Below, in pieces: positions 50,802 through 64,000 of a stretch of DNA of 64,000 bases (within the stretch, counting starts at the first letter, position 1; every line of letters starts with the position of its first letter). A program made the translations under genes and the position numbers. Origin of the DNA: Octopus vulgaris. Taxonomy: Eukaryota. The notes under the pieces are model-generated. The model had not been told where the DNA came from, searched no databases, and saw nothing but the letters and a program-made list of their open reading frames with translations. The stretch is taken from contig OX597816.1 of NCBI GenBank assembly GCA_951406725.2, positions 115,692,001-115,756,000 of the forward strand, read 5' to 3'.

Positions 50802-53351
50802 ATTACATACTGACACATATACATATGTGTCTAATACAATTGCGTGTATAAAGTTACACATTTGTATCTATCTGTCTCTATATATACACGCACAGATACA
50901 GACACACATATGCGCACATACATATAAATGCATAGATAGGTACATACATATGTACATATACAAATATTAACAAACTTGCACACATTAATACTTATATATT
51001 AGAAAATAAATCCTGTCATCCTCTATCCCCTTGACTTATACACATACACAAACTCACTCACACACAAGCACAAACTTACTCTCTCACACACACAAAATGA
51101 AACATACACACACACACATACCCTCCATCCAAAATATTATTACAAAAATGGAAGAAAAAATTACGAACAAAAAATGCATAAAAAATTCAAACAAAACTGT
51201 GAAATTATTTACTTTCAGCATAATATTTCTCTTACCAGAATTGATGAAATGGTAAAAAGATATCGAGAACTAAAAGTGAATAAAAAAACAGAATTCTTTA
51301 TTTCAACATTAATGGGAAGTTCATAGGATATTTTCTTTTACTACTGTTTTTCTCTTTGTTAGTATTGAAAATGTTTTTTGTTTATTTATCGTATATATAT
51401 TTGTATTTATTGTTCTTTTCTTTTTTCATGCAATTGTACATTTGAAAACGAAAAGAGAAAACAAAAAATGTATCATGTATTTATGTATTTATTTACATTT
51501 TTTATTTACTAACAATTGTTCTATTGAAGCATTTGAAAAGCTCATGGATATTTAAAGATCTTCAAATCATCGTCAAAGGACCATCATCATTGCCATTGTC
51601 ATTGCCCAAATCATCATCATTCTCATTGCCACCACCATCATCATAGTCACCGTCGTCATCATCATCATCATCATCATCATCGCCGCCGTTGTCGTTATCG
51701 TTGTCATCGTCGTGGTTATTATTTCTACTTTTTCATATTAATTGAATCTTCAAAATCACACAGACACATATACAAGCACACAGATACACACATATACTCG
51801 CTCACACACGCACATACACACACATAAATGCACACACACAAACACACACACACACACCTGGAAGGTGTATGTGTGTTCCAATGAATATTGCTTCGTGAAG
51901 GTTCTCTATGGTGAAATCTTCATAATGATAAATGGGGATAAATTTTAGATTTAAAAATTCTTGTGCAAATATTTGAAAGCTTAAGATCAGTGACAGTTAG
52001 CAGTGACGATAAACAGATTGGTTACGCATGTGCTTGAGGTGTTGTTTCTGTTGTTTAGCCCTAGGCTGCTCTGAACAATTGTACCTGCTTTCATAAGCAT
52101 TCTAGCCGACCATCTCTCATTTCATTTCATTTGTTTTTACGGTATAGTCTATCAAGGCTCATATTAATTTTTGTTTTTAAAGGCTGTAGTGTATGCAACT
52201 TGAGGGAGATTCAGGTGATATTTCTAGTTGAGCCAGCAAGATGTTTTGTCTTTGATTGTGACTTGTTCTAGTTGAAGAAAACAATTACGTTGCTCACATA
52301 GAAAAAGTTGGAAGCGAAATTGACCGAGGCTTGTCTTACTATGTTTTGACAGCATGGAGATCAGACGGAGAAAGTGAGGAGAGAAACAGACATACATAGA
52401 TAGAGAGGAAAGAAGGGAGAAGGTGAGGGCTTAGGTTATACCTACTGAAATTAATTGATTCAACAAGAAGAGATTGATCGAAAAGTATAGAGCAAAACTG
52501 AGTCTTATATTTTGAAAATTTTGGTCCGACATAATTAAGAACTTCACTGATACTAAAAAGGAGTTTAAATTAAGAGTAGTTAAATTCCCAATAGCATACA
52601 CATTTGAGACTACTGACTGTCTAAAATACCATATAAGTTTAAGTCAGGACGTTTACGCCTTAAAACCAAAACTATATACAAACGATACTTTAATGTGTAA
52701 AATTAAATATTTAAATATATTTTCATCACCAATGTGCTCCACATATACTTTAGAATTTCAGGTTGTAATCTGGGTATTTTCAGAGAGGCTGTACTTTAAA
52801 ATGCTTCGAGTTTAATTATTTTCCCCTTATAAGAACATTTAGTAAAATAGTGTCATCTTGTTTTAGGATTTGTTTTAAGTTTTCAGCAAACCAATCCTTA
52901 TATAGCAAATATCCGATAGTAATGCAACTCGATGCTATATTAGAAGGCAATTTCCCAAAGTGGAATGAAGTAGAATCAGACTAGAATAAGAATTACCTTC
53001 TTAACCAGACAGGCATTGGCTATGGCAACTGCAAATATGAATACTTACTTCCATCCATTCTGTGCCCTAAGTGTGCTTAGGCAAAGATTATTCAATAAAA
53101 ACATCATAATATCATAACGATGAATGCTATTTTCAGTAAATTAACATTTGTTTTCAAATACAACATAAGGATTTGAAAACTTTATGAAATGCCAAAAGCA
53201 AAAAAAAAAAAAAAGAAAGAAACAATGCCTGAACTGGTGCAGACATAGCCATATGGTTAAGTAGTTTCCTCTACAATCAACGCCTTGCTTGTTGAATATG
53301 ATAAATAAACAGTGCGTACAGGCATGTAGTGCATGACTATGAGCGCAAATT

Positions 53352-53419
<68 letters not shown>

Positions 53420-54861
53420 TTATATTCTTGTATTGGATATATAATATAACAATGCTAGGGGGAAGGAAGTATATGCACAATGCACTACTATTACACGCAA
53501 CTCAACACTATGCCAAAGGTTCACTGTGAACTGCTTACCAACCTGAACTACCATTCGCTTACAGTTTTTTGTTTTATAACAATGAGACTGTCCACCTTAG
53601 GCACTTGGTGGGGTGATCGGAATCCTTCCACAACAATATACATATGTATGTACGTATGTATGGATCTAAATATATATATATATACGTGTGTTTATGTGCA
53701 TGTTTGTGTATGTGTGGATGTCTGTATGTGTGTGTTGGTGAGAGTCAATATATGATTTAATTTTGTATTGTTACAGCCGTTTCATAATACACTTTCATTT
53801 ACATCATCGACTCTGATTTTTAGGTACATGCGCAGTATATGCTTTTCCCATACACATCATATACGTGTATGCGTACACATATCTGTACATATACAATTCT
53901 AATGTTGCATAACAATGCACCAAACAGAACTTCTGACCATTTTCTAACATCTTAGATTTGTCTCTTATCCACCAGGTAAAAGCTTTTATACTTGGTGTAG
54001 GAAACTGGAAATGAGAACTTGCAAAAACATTTATAAGAGAAAGATAAAATTCTTCTGTAAAAAAAGGCTTTCTTTATAAAATGATTATATAAAATCCCTT
54101 TGCAAAATATGTCCATATAAACGAACATGTTAAGCTCCGTATAAAGTTTTCCATTACTAAAAAATTAACACTTCAAATGTAAATTTCCAAACGCCCTAAA
54201 AAGAAAAATTAGGATCATTATACTCAATTAAACGATCGAAAATCAAATCAAACATAAAACTAAAAAGTATATTCAGCACATGAAGTGACCACTCAGAAGT
54301 AGATAGCCAATTACTACGACCACAAGCGCACACGCCCAATAAAAATAGAAAAAGAGCTGTTGAAGATAATCAAGATTAACTAGATAAAAGGTTAACAAGT
54401 ATAAAAGATTTATCCTGTGCATTAGAGACAACATCAAAGTCTAACAAAAAGTAGGAGTTCTCTTTGAGTCATTGTTATGAAAGTATACACATATGTGTGT
54501 GTGTTTGTGTGTGTGTGTATTTAATAATGTGTATATGAAACGTATATACTACGTGTGTACTTACGAATCAGTGGAGATGATGCAACCACAAGTGAATTAT
54601 GAAGCAGAAGTAACTGTAAGAAAGTGAAACTTATTTTATCCCTCGTCTCTTCTGGATTTTAATTATTTTCATAGATTTTCATGATCGTAATCATGTAAAC
54701 TGATTGTCGGTTTCCTGACTAGATTATTTACTGTAAATTCCGCTGACTTTCGGAATCCAGTTCCTATTTCATTTGTATACACATAAAAAATACATAAATA
54801 TAAATATAAATAGGGAAATGTCTAGAAATTATTTTATTAAACAATAATAACAATAATGATA

Positions 54862-55020
54862 AATATTTCTATTAAAGGGACAAGACCTGAAATTTTATGG
54901 AGGAGACTAGTCGATTACATCGACCACTGTGCTTCACTGGTACTTAATTTATAGGCAGCGAAAGGATAAAAAGCAAAGTCGACCTCGGCAGAATTTGGAA
55001 TCTGAACATAGCGACGGGCG
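54862..55020 (-). mobile_element. SINE family A copy lacking its head
   Basis: GTCGATTACATCGACC...CTGGTACTTAATTT...AAAGCAAAGTCGACCTCGGCAGAATTTG. Confidence 0.8.
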
Positions 55021-55021
55021 G

Positions 55022-55436
55022 GCTGTCATGGCTTCTGATCGTAACTGATTGGAAGTGTTATCATGAACATTGTTTTCTCTTGGTAGAAAAGATGAGCTAC
55101 AGCAAGTATTCTGCTCCATGCAACAGATTTGCTTGTCCGTTGTTTGACCATAACCAGTTGAGCATGTCCCTTAGTGGCTAACGATATGTGCACATCTGAT
55201 CACGAGCAGAAGTAGTGGCGGAGTATCATAGCCATGTGTTGAAAGGAATTCTTTAGGGTTTGGATAATTCACCTTCGGAAAACTATGTCGCGCACATATG
55301 GGTGTGATGCATGTGCCTAGTGTACCCTTATCAGACGGGTAGTCATGATGGGTATTTTGGGCTTCGTATATTTTACCCCAGTGTCATTTTGATGGTATGC
55401 ACTGCTCTCTCATTCAGTAATAATAATAATAATAAT
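55022..55436 (+). mobile_element. Probable LINE 3' UTR ending in (TAA)n
   Basis: Homologous to 4500-4806; ends CACTGCTCTCTCATTCAG(TAA)n like a non-LTR 3' terminus. Confidence 0.65.
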
Positions 55437-55642
55437 AGTTTCAAATTTTGCTACAAAGACGGACATTTTGTGGAGGGGATGTGTCTATTACATCGACCCT
55501 AGTGTTCAACGGGTACTTAAGTTATCGCCCCTGAAAGGATGAAAGGGACAGTTAACCTTGGCGGAATTTGAACGAAGCGACGGGCGAAATACAGTTAAGC
55601 ATTTAGCCCGGCGTCCAAATGAGTCTGCCAGCTCACCGCCTT
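55437..55642 (-). mobile_element. SINE family A full copy embedded in (TAA)n
   Basis: Reverse complement AAGGCGGTGAGCTGGCAG...GTTCAAATTCCGCC...AAATTTGAAAC; (TAA)n on both sides. Confidence 0.85.
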
Positions 55643-55664
55643 AATAATAATAATAATAATAATG

Positions 55665-55731
<67 letters not shown>

Positions 55732-55754
55732 TAATGTTGATGATGATGATGATG

Positions 55755-55802
<48 letters not shown>

Positions 55803-55803
55803 T
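55643..55803. repeat. (TAA)n/(TGA)n microsatellite
   Basis: Visible directly. Confidence 0.95.
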
Positions 55804-55981
55804 AAAAAGTGATAACACCCCATCACATCAAAAAAAGATGATTATCTGATATACTTATCAGAGAACCACTTCATTTTTCGGAAGAAAATTTATCAAAAAA
55901 TATAATCAGTCTTCAATATTGATCTGCTAATTTCTTTAGCCGGATAATTTTGGTGATAAAATAGGAAAAAATATAAATGTC

Positions 55982-56014
<33 letters not shown>

Positions 56015-56371
56015 CCGTGTTCATATATGTATGTGTGTACGTGGAACTATATGTGCGTATGTAGAGGAGGTGATTCATTTTCTGTGTGTCTATATAAGAA
56101 TTTATTTGTGTATGCATAGGTATGTATATATATGTCCTAGTCCCAAACTAATGGTGATGAAGGCTAGAATGGATATCTCAAGTTAGACACATGCACAAAA
56201 AAATACTCACACAAATAAATGCACACACACACACACATATATATTCACACGCACATGCTCGCACACGCTAATACATAATATGATGGTAATTTAAAGAATA
56301 AACAATTGAGACATTTAACATATGCATGCACATACATCGTCGTATGTTTATAGATTTGTGCACAGAAAAAC

Positions 56372-56422
<51 letters not shown>

Positions 56423-56429
56423 GATCTAT

Positions 56430-56529
<100 letters not shown>

Positions 56530-57563
56530 GTATATATATCATGTATGTATGAATGTATACACACACAAACTCACAAATATATATATATTCATACATATAT
56601 ACGTACACACATATATGCATGCTTGCACGCACTCATTAAAACATACAAAAACACATCTATAAATTTTGATGTTTCACTCAATTGTAACTAATAAGTAAAT
56701 AGAAATAAAAGAGTAGAGAAGGAGACTGAAGATACCAATTTATATTAATGAAGAACTGTCTTTTTTCCGATGAAACAATATATGTTAGTCTGAAATATTG
56801 ATTGACAATTTCTCGGAATAAATAAATGAATGAGTAACACACACCACACAAGCATACACACAGACGCGCACATACAAACCCACACTCCACACACAAATAG
56901 AGACACACACACATGTGCAAGAAATAAACAAACGCCTAAATTAGTATATACATATATAAATACATATTAAATAATTAATAAAAAATGAAATCGTGCAGAC
57001 AAAATTTCGAGAAAGTTTTTTAAAAAACATCTGGGTATTTATATACACGCACACACAAACTTATACATGTATATTTGTGTATATATACACATACATATAT
57101 ACATAGATTGGTATGTATGGTATGAAGAAATGTATATATATATATATATATGTATATGTATATATTTATGTATATGTGTGTATATGTATGTATATACCCA
57201 CATACATGTATATTATAAAAAAAACACATAGCAAATATTTATTGCGTTTTATAAAATATTAGATCTTGCTCCATACAAAATAAAAAACACGGAATAGTAA
57301 CCTATATTAGGAATGTATAAAATATCGAAGCGAATTTGCATACAATGTAATAAATTTGTTATGAAAAAAATTTTAAAAAAAGACATCATGTATTTGTGTT
57401 ATAGCACCTTAATTTTATTGTTAATTCATACCTATTTATTTTTATATATCATTTATGCTGGCCAGCCAAACCAGAGTCGTGAAAATGCATATATATTGCA
57501 GTTCTTTCCTTCTCTCTTTCTCTCTTTCAGTCTTTATGTCTATCTATACATACATGCATTCAA

Positions 57564-57629
<66 letters not shown>

Positions 57630-57809
57630 ATGCATATAATACTTACACACGTATATGTATGTATGCAGCATTTGTTTGTATGCATATATATATCGCAATT
57701 AAATATACTAGTGAGCCCGTATTGTAAATATAGCAAATATATGAACTATCGTGACAAATTTGATACGTATATAGGCGTGTATATGTATGCATGTACACAT
57801 ATATGTACA

Positions 57810-57855
<46 letters not shown>

Positions 57856-57984
57856 CTCCATTACTTAGTATGTGTGTATGTATTTACTTGTATATGTGTG
57901 TATGTATATATATATACGGCGGAGGAGATAGATGAATGGATACATACGTATATACGTACATTTATACATACATACATACATGCA

Positions 57985-60900
57985 GTTATGGCGTCAAATA
58001 TAGACACGCTGGCATAGGGGACTGTTCATTCTCTCGGATAATGAATACCATCCCCTGCAATTTAAGTCATTAATACAAGCCCTTTAAAAAAATTGTAAAG
58101 CCTGTTATTTTCTTTGAATAAATGCAAAGAAATAACTATTTATAAAAAGATTTCGTAGTAAATTCGTGAAATAACACGTTGAAAATTACTACTCCGTACA
58201 CCATAGTGACAAATGAACCCAGAGTCAGATATCAGAAATTGCATAACTATCTATAAAAATTCCATTGAGCTTTCGAAATGAACGAAGACCTCTACTACAT
58301 CTATAGAAATGTTAGGGAAGGATCCTCGATAGGCTGCATGAAGTGACTCAAAATATTGGGATACGAAATATCCAAATTTTCAGAGAAACAATTACGCCAG
58401 CAATCTACACTTGTTAGATTGAAATATGCTTTACCAAAACAAATCACTCAACTAAAATATACAAATAATAATATTTGTATTGGAATCACAGCAAACGTTT
58501 TCTATGAGGAGACTTTGAACGGCGAGAAACACGATCAAAACGAACACAAGAATAACAAACCGCCACTGTTAGGCGAATATGTGGCTACCGCTTATAATCT
58601 CACAAAAACAAACGAGGAATATAAAATATTAAAATCACAGCTTGCATTGCGGTTTAAGCAGAGCTTCTCTATGATCTATGGCACTGCATAGAGGAACACG
58701 AATTGCGAAAAATTCCGTCGAGCCGATGATATCTGCGATCGACAAAATTGCAAGAAAACAACTAGCTTTTTGTACAGTGAATGTGGTGGTATATTATGCT
58801 GCAATAACTGTGCACAAACAGATAAAGGGACTGATCCAAAGAATAACACTGAGCCAAAATGAATTATCTCCCTCCAAAATAATATCAATGGACTCAGGAA
58901 AAACTTAGGACAGTTGGACACTTTATCATCAGATGCAAATTTACGAATGAATTTACCATCTACGACTACACAATAGGTTCTTTAAATTCTACAGGAATTG
59001 CCAGCGAGAAATACTCACACACAGATCGATAGCTCCTCCCAAGCTCGATCTATTAGCGGTAAGTGAAAAAATTTTTTTCTGTTAAAAGTTACATGAATGC
59101 AAAATGATAAACCGCAAGTTTGCTCAGAATCTCACAAGCTGTACAGCGCAGTACGAAAGGTAATACTAGCAAGATAGCAAGTGCTCCTCCCCAGAAGGAA
59201 CCGCTGTGATATGCAGTATATAAATAAATAAAACAATCGCAATGTAGTATAGTTAAACGAACTACGAAGTGAGAAGTGTATAAATGCATCCACCAAAATG
59301 TATAACATCACCAGTAAAATCCTATTGTCGACTATTATGAAACTGCCGCATGGAGAATCACACGAGTGATACGTCTGATAGACTACTAGTGCAGAGTTTA
59401 AGTTTTTCAGTAAAATTCTCACGACTGTTTTGAAAAATATCGACGCCAAGCTAGATTAGTTGACTGCTGTGCGGACTTATCTTGTCCCTAAGAGCAAGAG
59501 ACCCATGTCACCAAAACTACAGGCTCACAGCATGCTTGAATGCTATGTGCAATCTGTATACAGGTCCTTTGAATATGTTTCCTCGAGACCACTGCCAAAC
59601 AGATGGTGCGTTAACTGATGAACAGGCAGTAGGACAAAAATCAGTCTAGGAATGACTGGCCACGAGATGGGTCACACAGTTACCACAGAGGTCTTTTAAA
59701 GCAACTTCTATAATTTCAAGCAGAACTGGGTTATCAATGGCCATATTTCAGGGTGATAGTTTATCTTTAAATCTTGTACGAGTAGTGAACACCTAGCGAA
59801 CACCTTTTAATAACTTTCAAGGTATCATTTTGGGATATGCAGAAAAGAATATAATTAATAATTTTTTGATGATCTAAATAATATCCTGGTAACATAAACA
59901 GCAATAAAATATGGAAGCCGGAGCTGTTTCCATTTAATAAAACCATATTTCACAATGCTTTTGCAGTGTCAGTGCTAACACCAACATTTGGGATATTGGA
60001 CTGGACATTTGAGACCCGTAGCCTGGATATTATAACTACAATGAAACTAACCGCCACTGGCAACTACCACATCGACAGCAACATCGATAGGATCCATGCG
60101 AGGTAAATAGATAGTTTCAGACGCATAAGGTCAGTCCTACTTGCCTTTGAATGCTGCATTATGTCACTCAAGTAACACCTGCTGAACAGTAAGGACAGAA
60201 ACGACTATATTACAGGTATACTCAAATGTGAGAGCAACTACATCTTCAGAGCAAGGGAAGAACACTTCAGTAATCACGGTGAAAATATTACTGTTTCATG
60301 TGATCCAAAGGAGGCTGGAATGGCCTATCTAAACAGAATCTTGGAGGGGAGGCACTAGCAAAAAGCAACGCATGTGTATTTATGCCGTATGCTAGTAGAT
60401 AGCAGCAACTACAGGAAAGGTATACTCCCCTGGACCTGTGATAGATACATTAAATATCACCAAGAAGAATATGAATTCGCTATCCAGAAACAGGCGATTA
60501 CAACTAAATGCTTGAGAAACAAGAGAGACAAAAATACCACCAAAATTTCAAGATGTGATTCTAAAAAATGTCAGCTATGCTATAACTGTGAACAATATCA
60601 TCCACATCTTCTGCGTCTGCCCCACAATGTTTACGAGATACAACCTATATGATATAGCTGCAAAAACTAGTTAAAATGTTATCGAATGACAGGATTATCC
60701 TGACAGACACATCGAAGGCAAGCCAAAACAATAATGCCTACACACCTTTAAAACAAGGAGTACTGGTGGAGTACTCCAATAAAATAGCATCTGGTGTAAA
60801 CACAACAGGCCTAAAATTTATTCTGTGGGATAAGAACTATTGTAGATATCAAGAACTATTGTAGATATCACCTGCCCAGCGGGTATGAATGTACCTACAA

Positions 60901-61075
60901 AATTCTAAGAAAAAAAGAGCATTTATGACAAACCAGTGTAGATCTTACAGCTCTTGCATTATGACTATAAATTTTCATTTGTACCAATCATAGTATTGTG
61001 TAATAAATCTACAGATTTGCTACACAAAATCCTAGAAACATTAGGTTTTACGAAAGAAGGGCAACAGGACCCGAT
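57985..61075 (+). mobile_element. Long degenerate R4/Dong-like non-LTR retrotransposon (RT, Cys motif, REL endonuclease)
   Basis: KNYRLTACLNAMCNLYTG (~59513), EQAVGQK, IFQGDSLSL (~59743), FDDL (~59865), FAIQKQAITTK...CDSKKCQLC, ILQLLHYDYKFSFVPIIV...LETLGF; homologous to 12905-13405; riddled with stops; ends uncertain. Confidence 0.8.
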
Positions 61076-61083
61076 GTGCATTG

Positions 61084-61139
<56 letters not shown>

Positions 61140-61528
61140 TATATATATACACACACCTAGCCATGAGCTGTCAACACACTCTTGCCTACTATTCAAAACA
61201 GAGTCTTCTAGTCTTAGATTTAGTAGTTGATAAAGAGAAAAATGAATTAGGAATGAATTACAATCCTTTAGAAGCTATGACCCCCAATGGGCTTCATGCG
61301 ATTCTTCGAAGTGTAATCTATTCTTAGCTATAATAGTGACAACATGAAATTCTTCCATCTTCTTGCATTGTTAAAGTATTTGAGAAAAATTATATGAATG
61401 TGTCCGATTGGTTAAAATTCTTTTTATCTATTTGCGCAGCTGAAGATTGCATTGCTCAACTAAATAGAGCCGCTTGAGACAGTCGTACTGCATCACTACT
61501 TGATATCCTGTTGCTTGTTTTAAATATG

Positions 61529-61612
<84 letters not shown>

Positions 61613-61637
61613 TATGCATACACACACATACATATGC

Positions 61638-61670
<33 letters not shown>

Positions 61671-62259
61671 TATATACATGTGTATAATATACCTACTATG
61701 GGTGTTTGTATATGTACGCATATATATTTTTAGTAGGTACATGACGCATATCAATATATATACATATATGGTTATACAAATAAGGGTATATATCTATGTG
61801 CATACGCTTCTATACAAGTGTATTTAATTATCCTTCATATATGTACACATATATGTATAGATATACATAAACATACACACAGACATATATATACATACAC
61901 ATACACACACACATATGAATACAGGCATACACACACACATATATAGTTCTATAAATTATGTCATTCATAATTATGCATATTCTTAAGCATGCACATACCC
62001 TTATACACTTGTGTTAAACACATACACTTGCCCTGTCAGCTTAATATTTAGAAATTTCTAGAAAGGTGGAACGGGACATTTTAATTCTCCTACTTTATGG
62101 AGATAAAGGAAAAATTGAAAACCAATAGAAAATAAAAGCAATGATACTATTTAAAAGAATGAAATACAAGCCAAAAGTAACAAAAATATTTAAAAAATGG
62201 AAATCACGTAACAATAATATCAACAAGAACAACTACAAAACACCAACATTAATACTATT

Positions 62260-62287
62260 AGTGATAATAATAATAATAATGATAATA

Positions 62288-62319
<32 letters not shown>

Positions 62320-62326
62320 AATAATA

Positions 62327-62392
<66 letters not shown>

Positions 62393-62405
62393 TAATAATA
62401 ATGAA
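62260..62405. repeat. (TAA)n/(TGA)n microsatellite
   Basis: Visible directly. Confidence 0.95.
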
Positions 62406-63239
62406 TAAAAATAAAGATTAATATATTTTATACATTTAAGAAATGATCTTTGGTGTCTCTTCATAATCCAAACCGAGGTATTTACAAATTTTAAAAATTT
62501 TCTAGTTTCTTTCTAAAGCCCAGATGCCAAACAAATTTTTAAATCCCGAAACCATTCTGTAATCTGACTTTGGAATCTTTAGTGTTTTCTCTTTCTCCCT
62601 TCATTTCTTTCTCTTCCTCCCCGCTCTCTCTCTCTTGAATTAATCTTCCGTAAGTCTGTCTTTCTATTTTCCTCGGTGTTCTTCTTTGCCTGTCTTTCTA
62701 TCTATCTCATATTGTTAGAATAATTCAAGTGTAAAACTTTCTCTAAGGCATATCAGGTGCTATTAGCTTTAATCTCTCAACTTTTGGTCTTAATCCTCTC
62801 ACTTCTGCTCTCTCGGCCATGCCTTCCAAATTCAGCAACTACGCTAGAAGTTTCTATTGGATAATCTCTGTGTGTTGCCGTTGTCATAAAACTCAATGAT
62901 GCCACTTTTTTTTATTTTATTTACTTTAAATGCTTGGTATTAAGCATTTGTTTCTTTGTTTTATGGAGGAGGGTGATATTTCTTTGCCATTGTTGTTTTG
63001 AATTATTTGTAAATCCTTCCATTTGCAGAGTTACATGCTACAAACTTGAAAGTTCCAAATGTTCTTTATGCAGTCAACTACTCCCACCGTCACCACTTCC
63101 CCAATCTCCGCTTCAAATAGCCATCCTTGCAGAATAACAATGATGTTACAAGAAATAGATGGATAAATAATATTGGCTTTCAGATAAATATGAGTTACTT
63201 ATGTACTGTTTCTATTGGTTAACTATAATTAATAGGATA

Positions 63240-63972
63240 CTATGGTGCACTCATCAATCAACAATACTAGTTCACCGACAATAATTCACCAACGGCAATT
63301 TACTGATTTATGATTCCCAAATAACCAAATTCACCTACAAGCAATTAACTAGTTTACATATTCAACTAGTGCGAATTATTGATTTACATCGTCATTTTAA
63401 TATGTTTCTAAAAAATAAATACTTATTGCCTCTGAAAATTAATTTTAAAATATTAAAACATTAAACATAGGAATCTATGGAAAGATTTCTAGCACAAGAT
63501 AATATGAACTAAACCCCTTAAGGAAGAGACAGGCTAGTTAGTTTCTATTCACACAAACCATTTTACCCAGCTTTGCGATGCATAGTCTTTTTGGTTGGTT
63601 CGTTCATATATATGGAATTGGGTACTATTGCTGTAAATACCAAACGAAATATATTTAGCCAGTTTATTTTTTAAGTATAGTCGCTGTATTTTTATATCGG
63701 GAAAAGTGTCTCTTGGCCCATGATTCAAAAACTTGGAGTATGATATTTAAAAGACTTATTACAAAATCAAATGTTCAAACAGCAACAAAAATTCAAGCTT
63801 TTAAGTTTGTTTTGTTTATATGGACCTAATTATCTTCAATGTTTGTCTTAATTAGCAAATTACTTGTAAGTGAATCTGCTAGTCAATAAACTGTTGGTCA
63901 CTCAGTTATCGTTAGGGTATTGCTGTGAAAATAAAGATATTTTAGTCAAAAGTTAGCGAACTAACGGACATT
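63240..63972. mobile_element. Very old MITE-like element with degenerate tandem subterminal repeats
   Basis: Repeated AATTCACC(G/A/T)AC-like units at 63268-63350 and inverse GTGAAT/GCGAACT-like units at 63850-63970; architecture like 45578-46091. Confidence 0.35.
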
Positions 63973-64000
63973 AAAAACGATGTTTCAATGACAAATAATT

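Overview
AT-rich eukaryotic non-coding DNA with very dense microsatellites ((TA)n, (CA)n, (CATA)n, (TATC)n, (TAA)n, (CAT)n). The SINE repertoire and microsatellite load resemble an octopus (coleoid cephalopod) genome; this is inference from pattern recognition, not a search. I find no credible host protein-coding exon, and almost all listed ORFs are microsatellite translations. The window is mostly decayed transposons: four Penelope-like element (PLE) remnants (one near full length), two related R4/Dong-like LINEs with a restriction-like endonuclease (REL), an RTE LINE fragment, a dead piggyBac with terminal and subterminal inverted repeats, a probable hAT remnant, several palindromic or MULE-like MITEs, a candidate 170-bp solo LTR and many tRNA-derived SINE copies. 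The best leads are mechanistic: a fold-back hairpin at the RTE 5' junction inside a 16-bp target duplication, decayed minimal hammerhead ribozymes at PLE ends, and several element classes sitting inside specific microsatellites. I see no evidence of an intact novel multi-gene system. Coordinates were read by eye and element ends are approximate.
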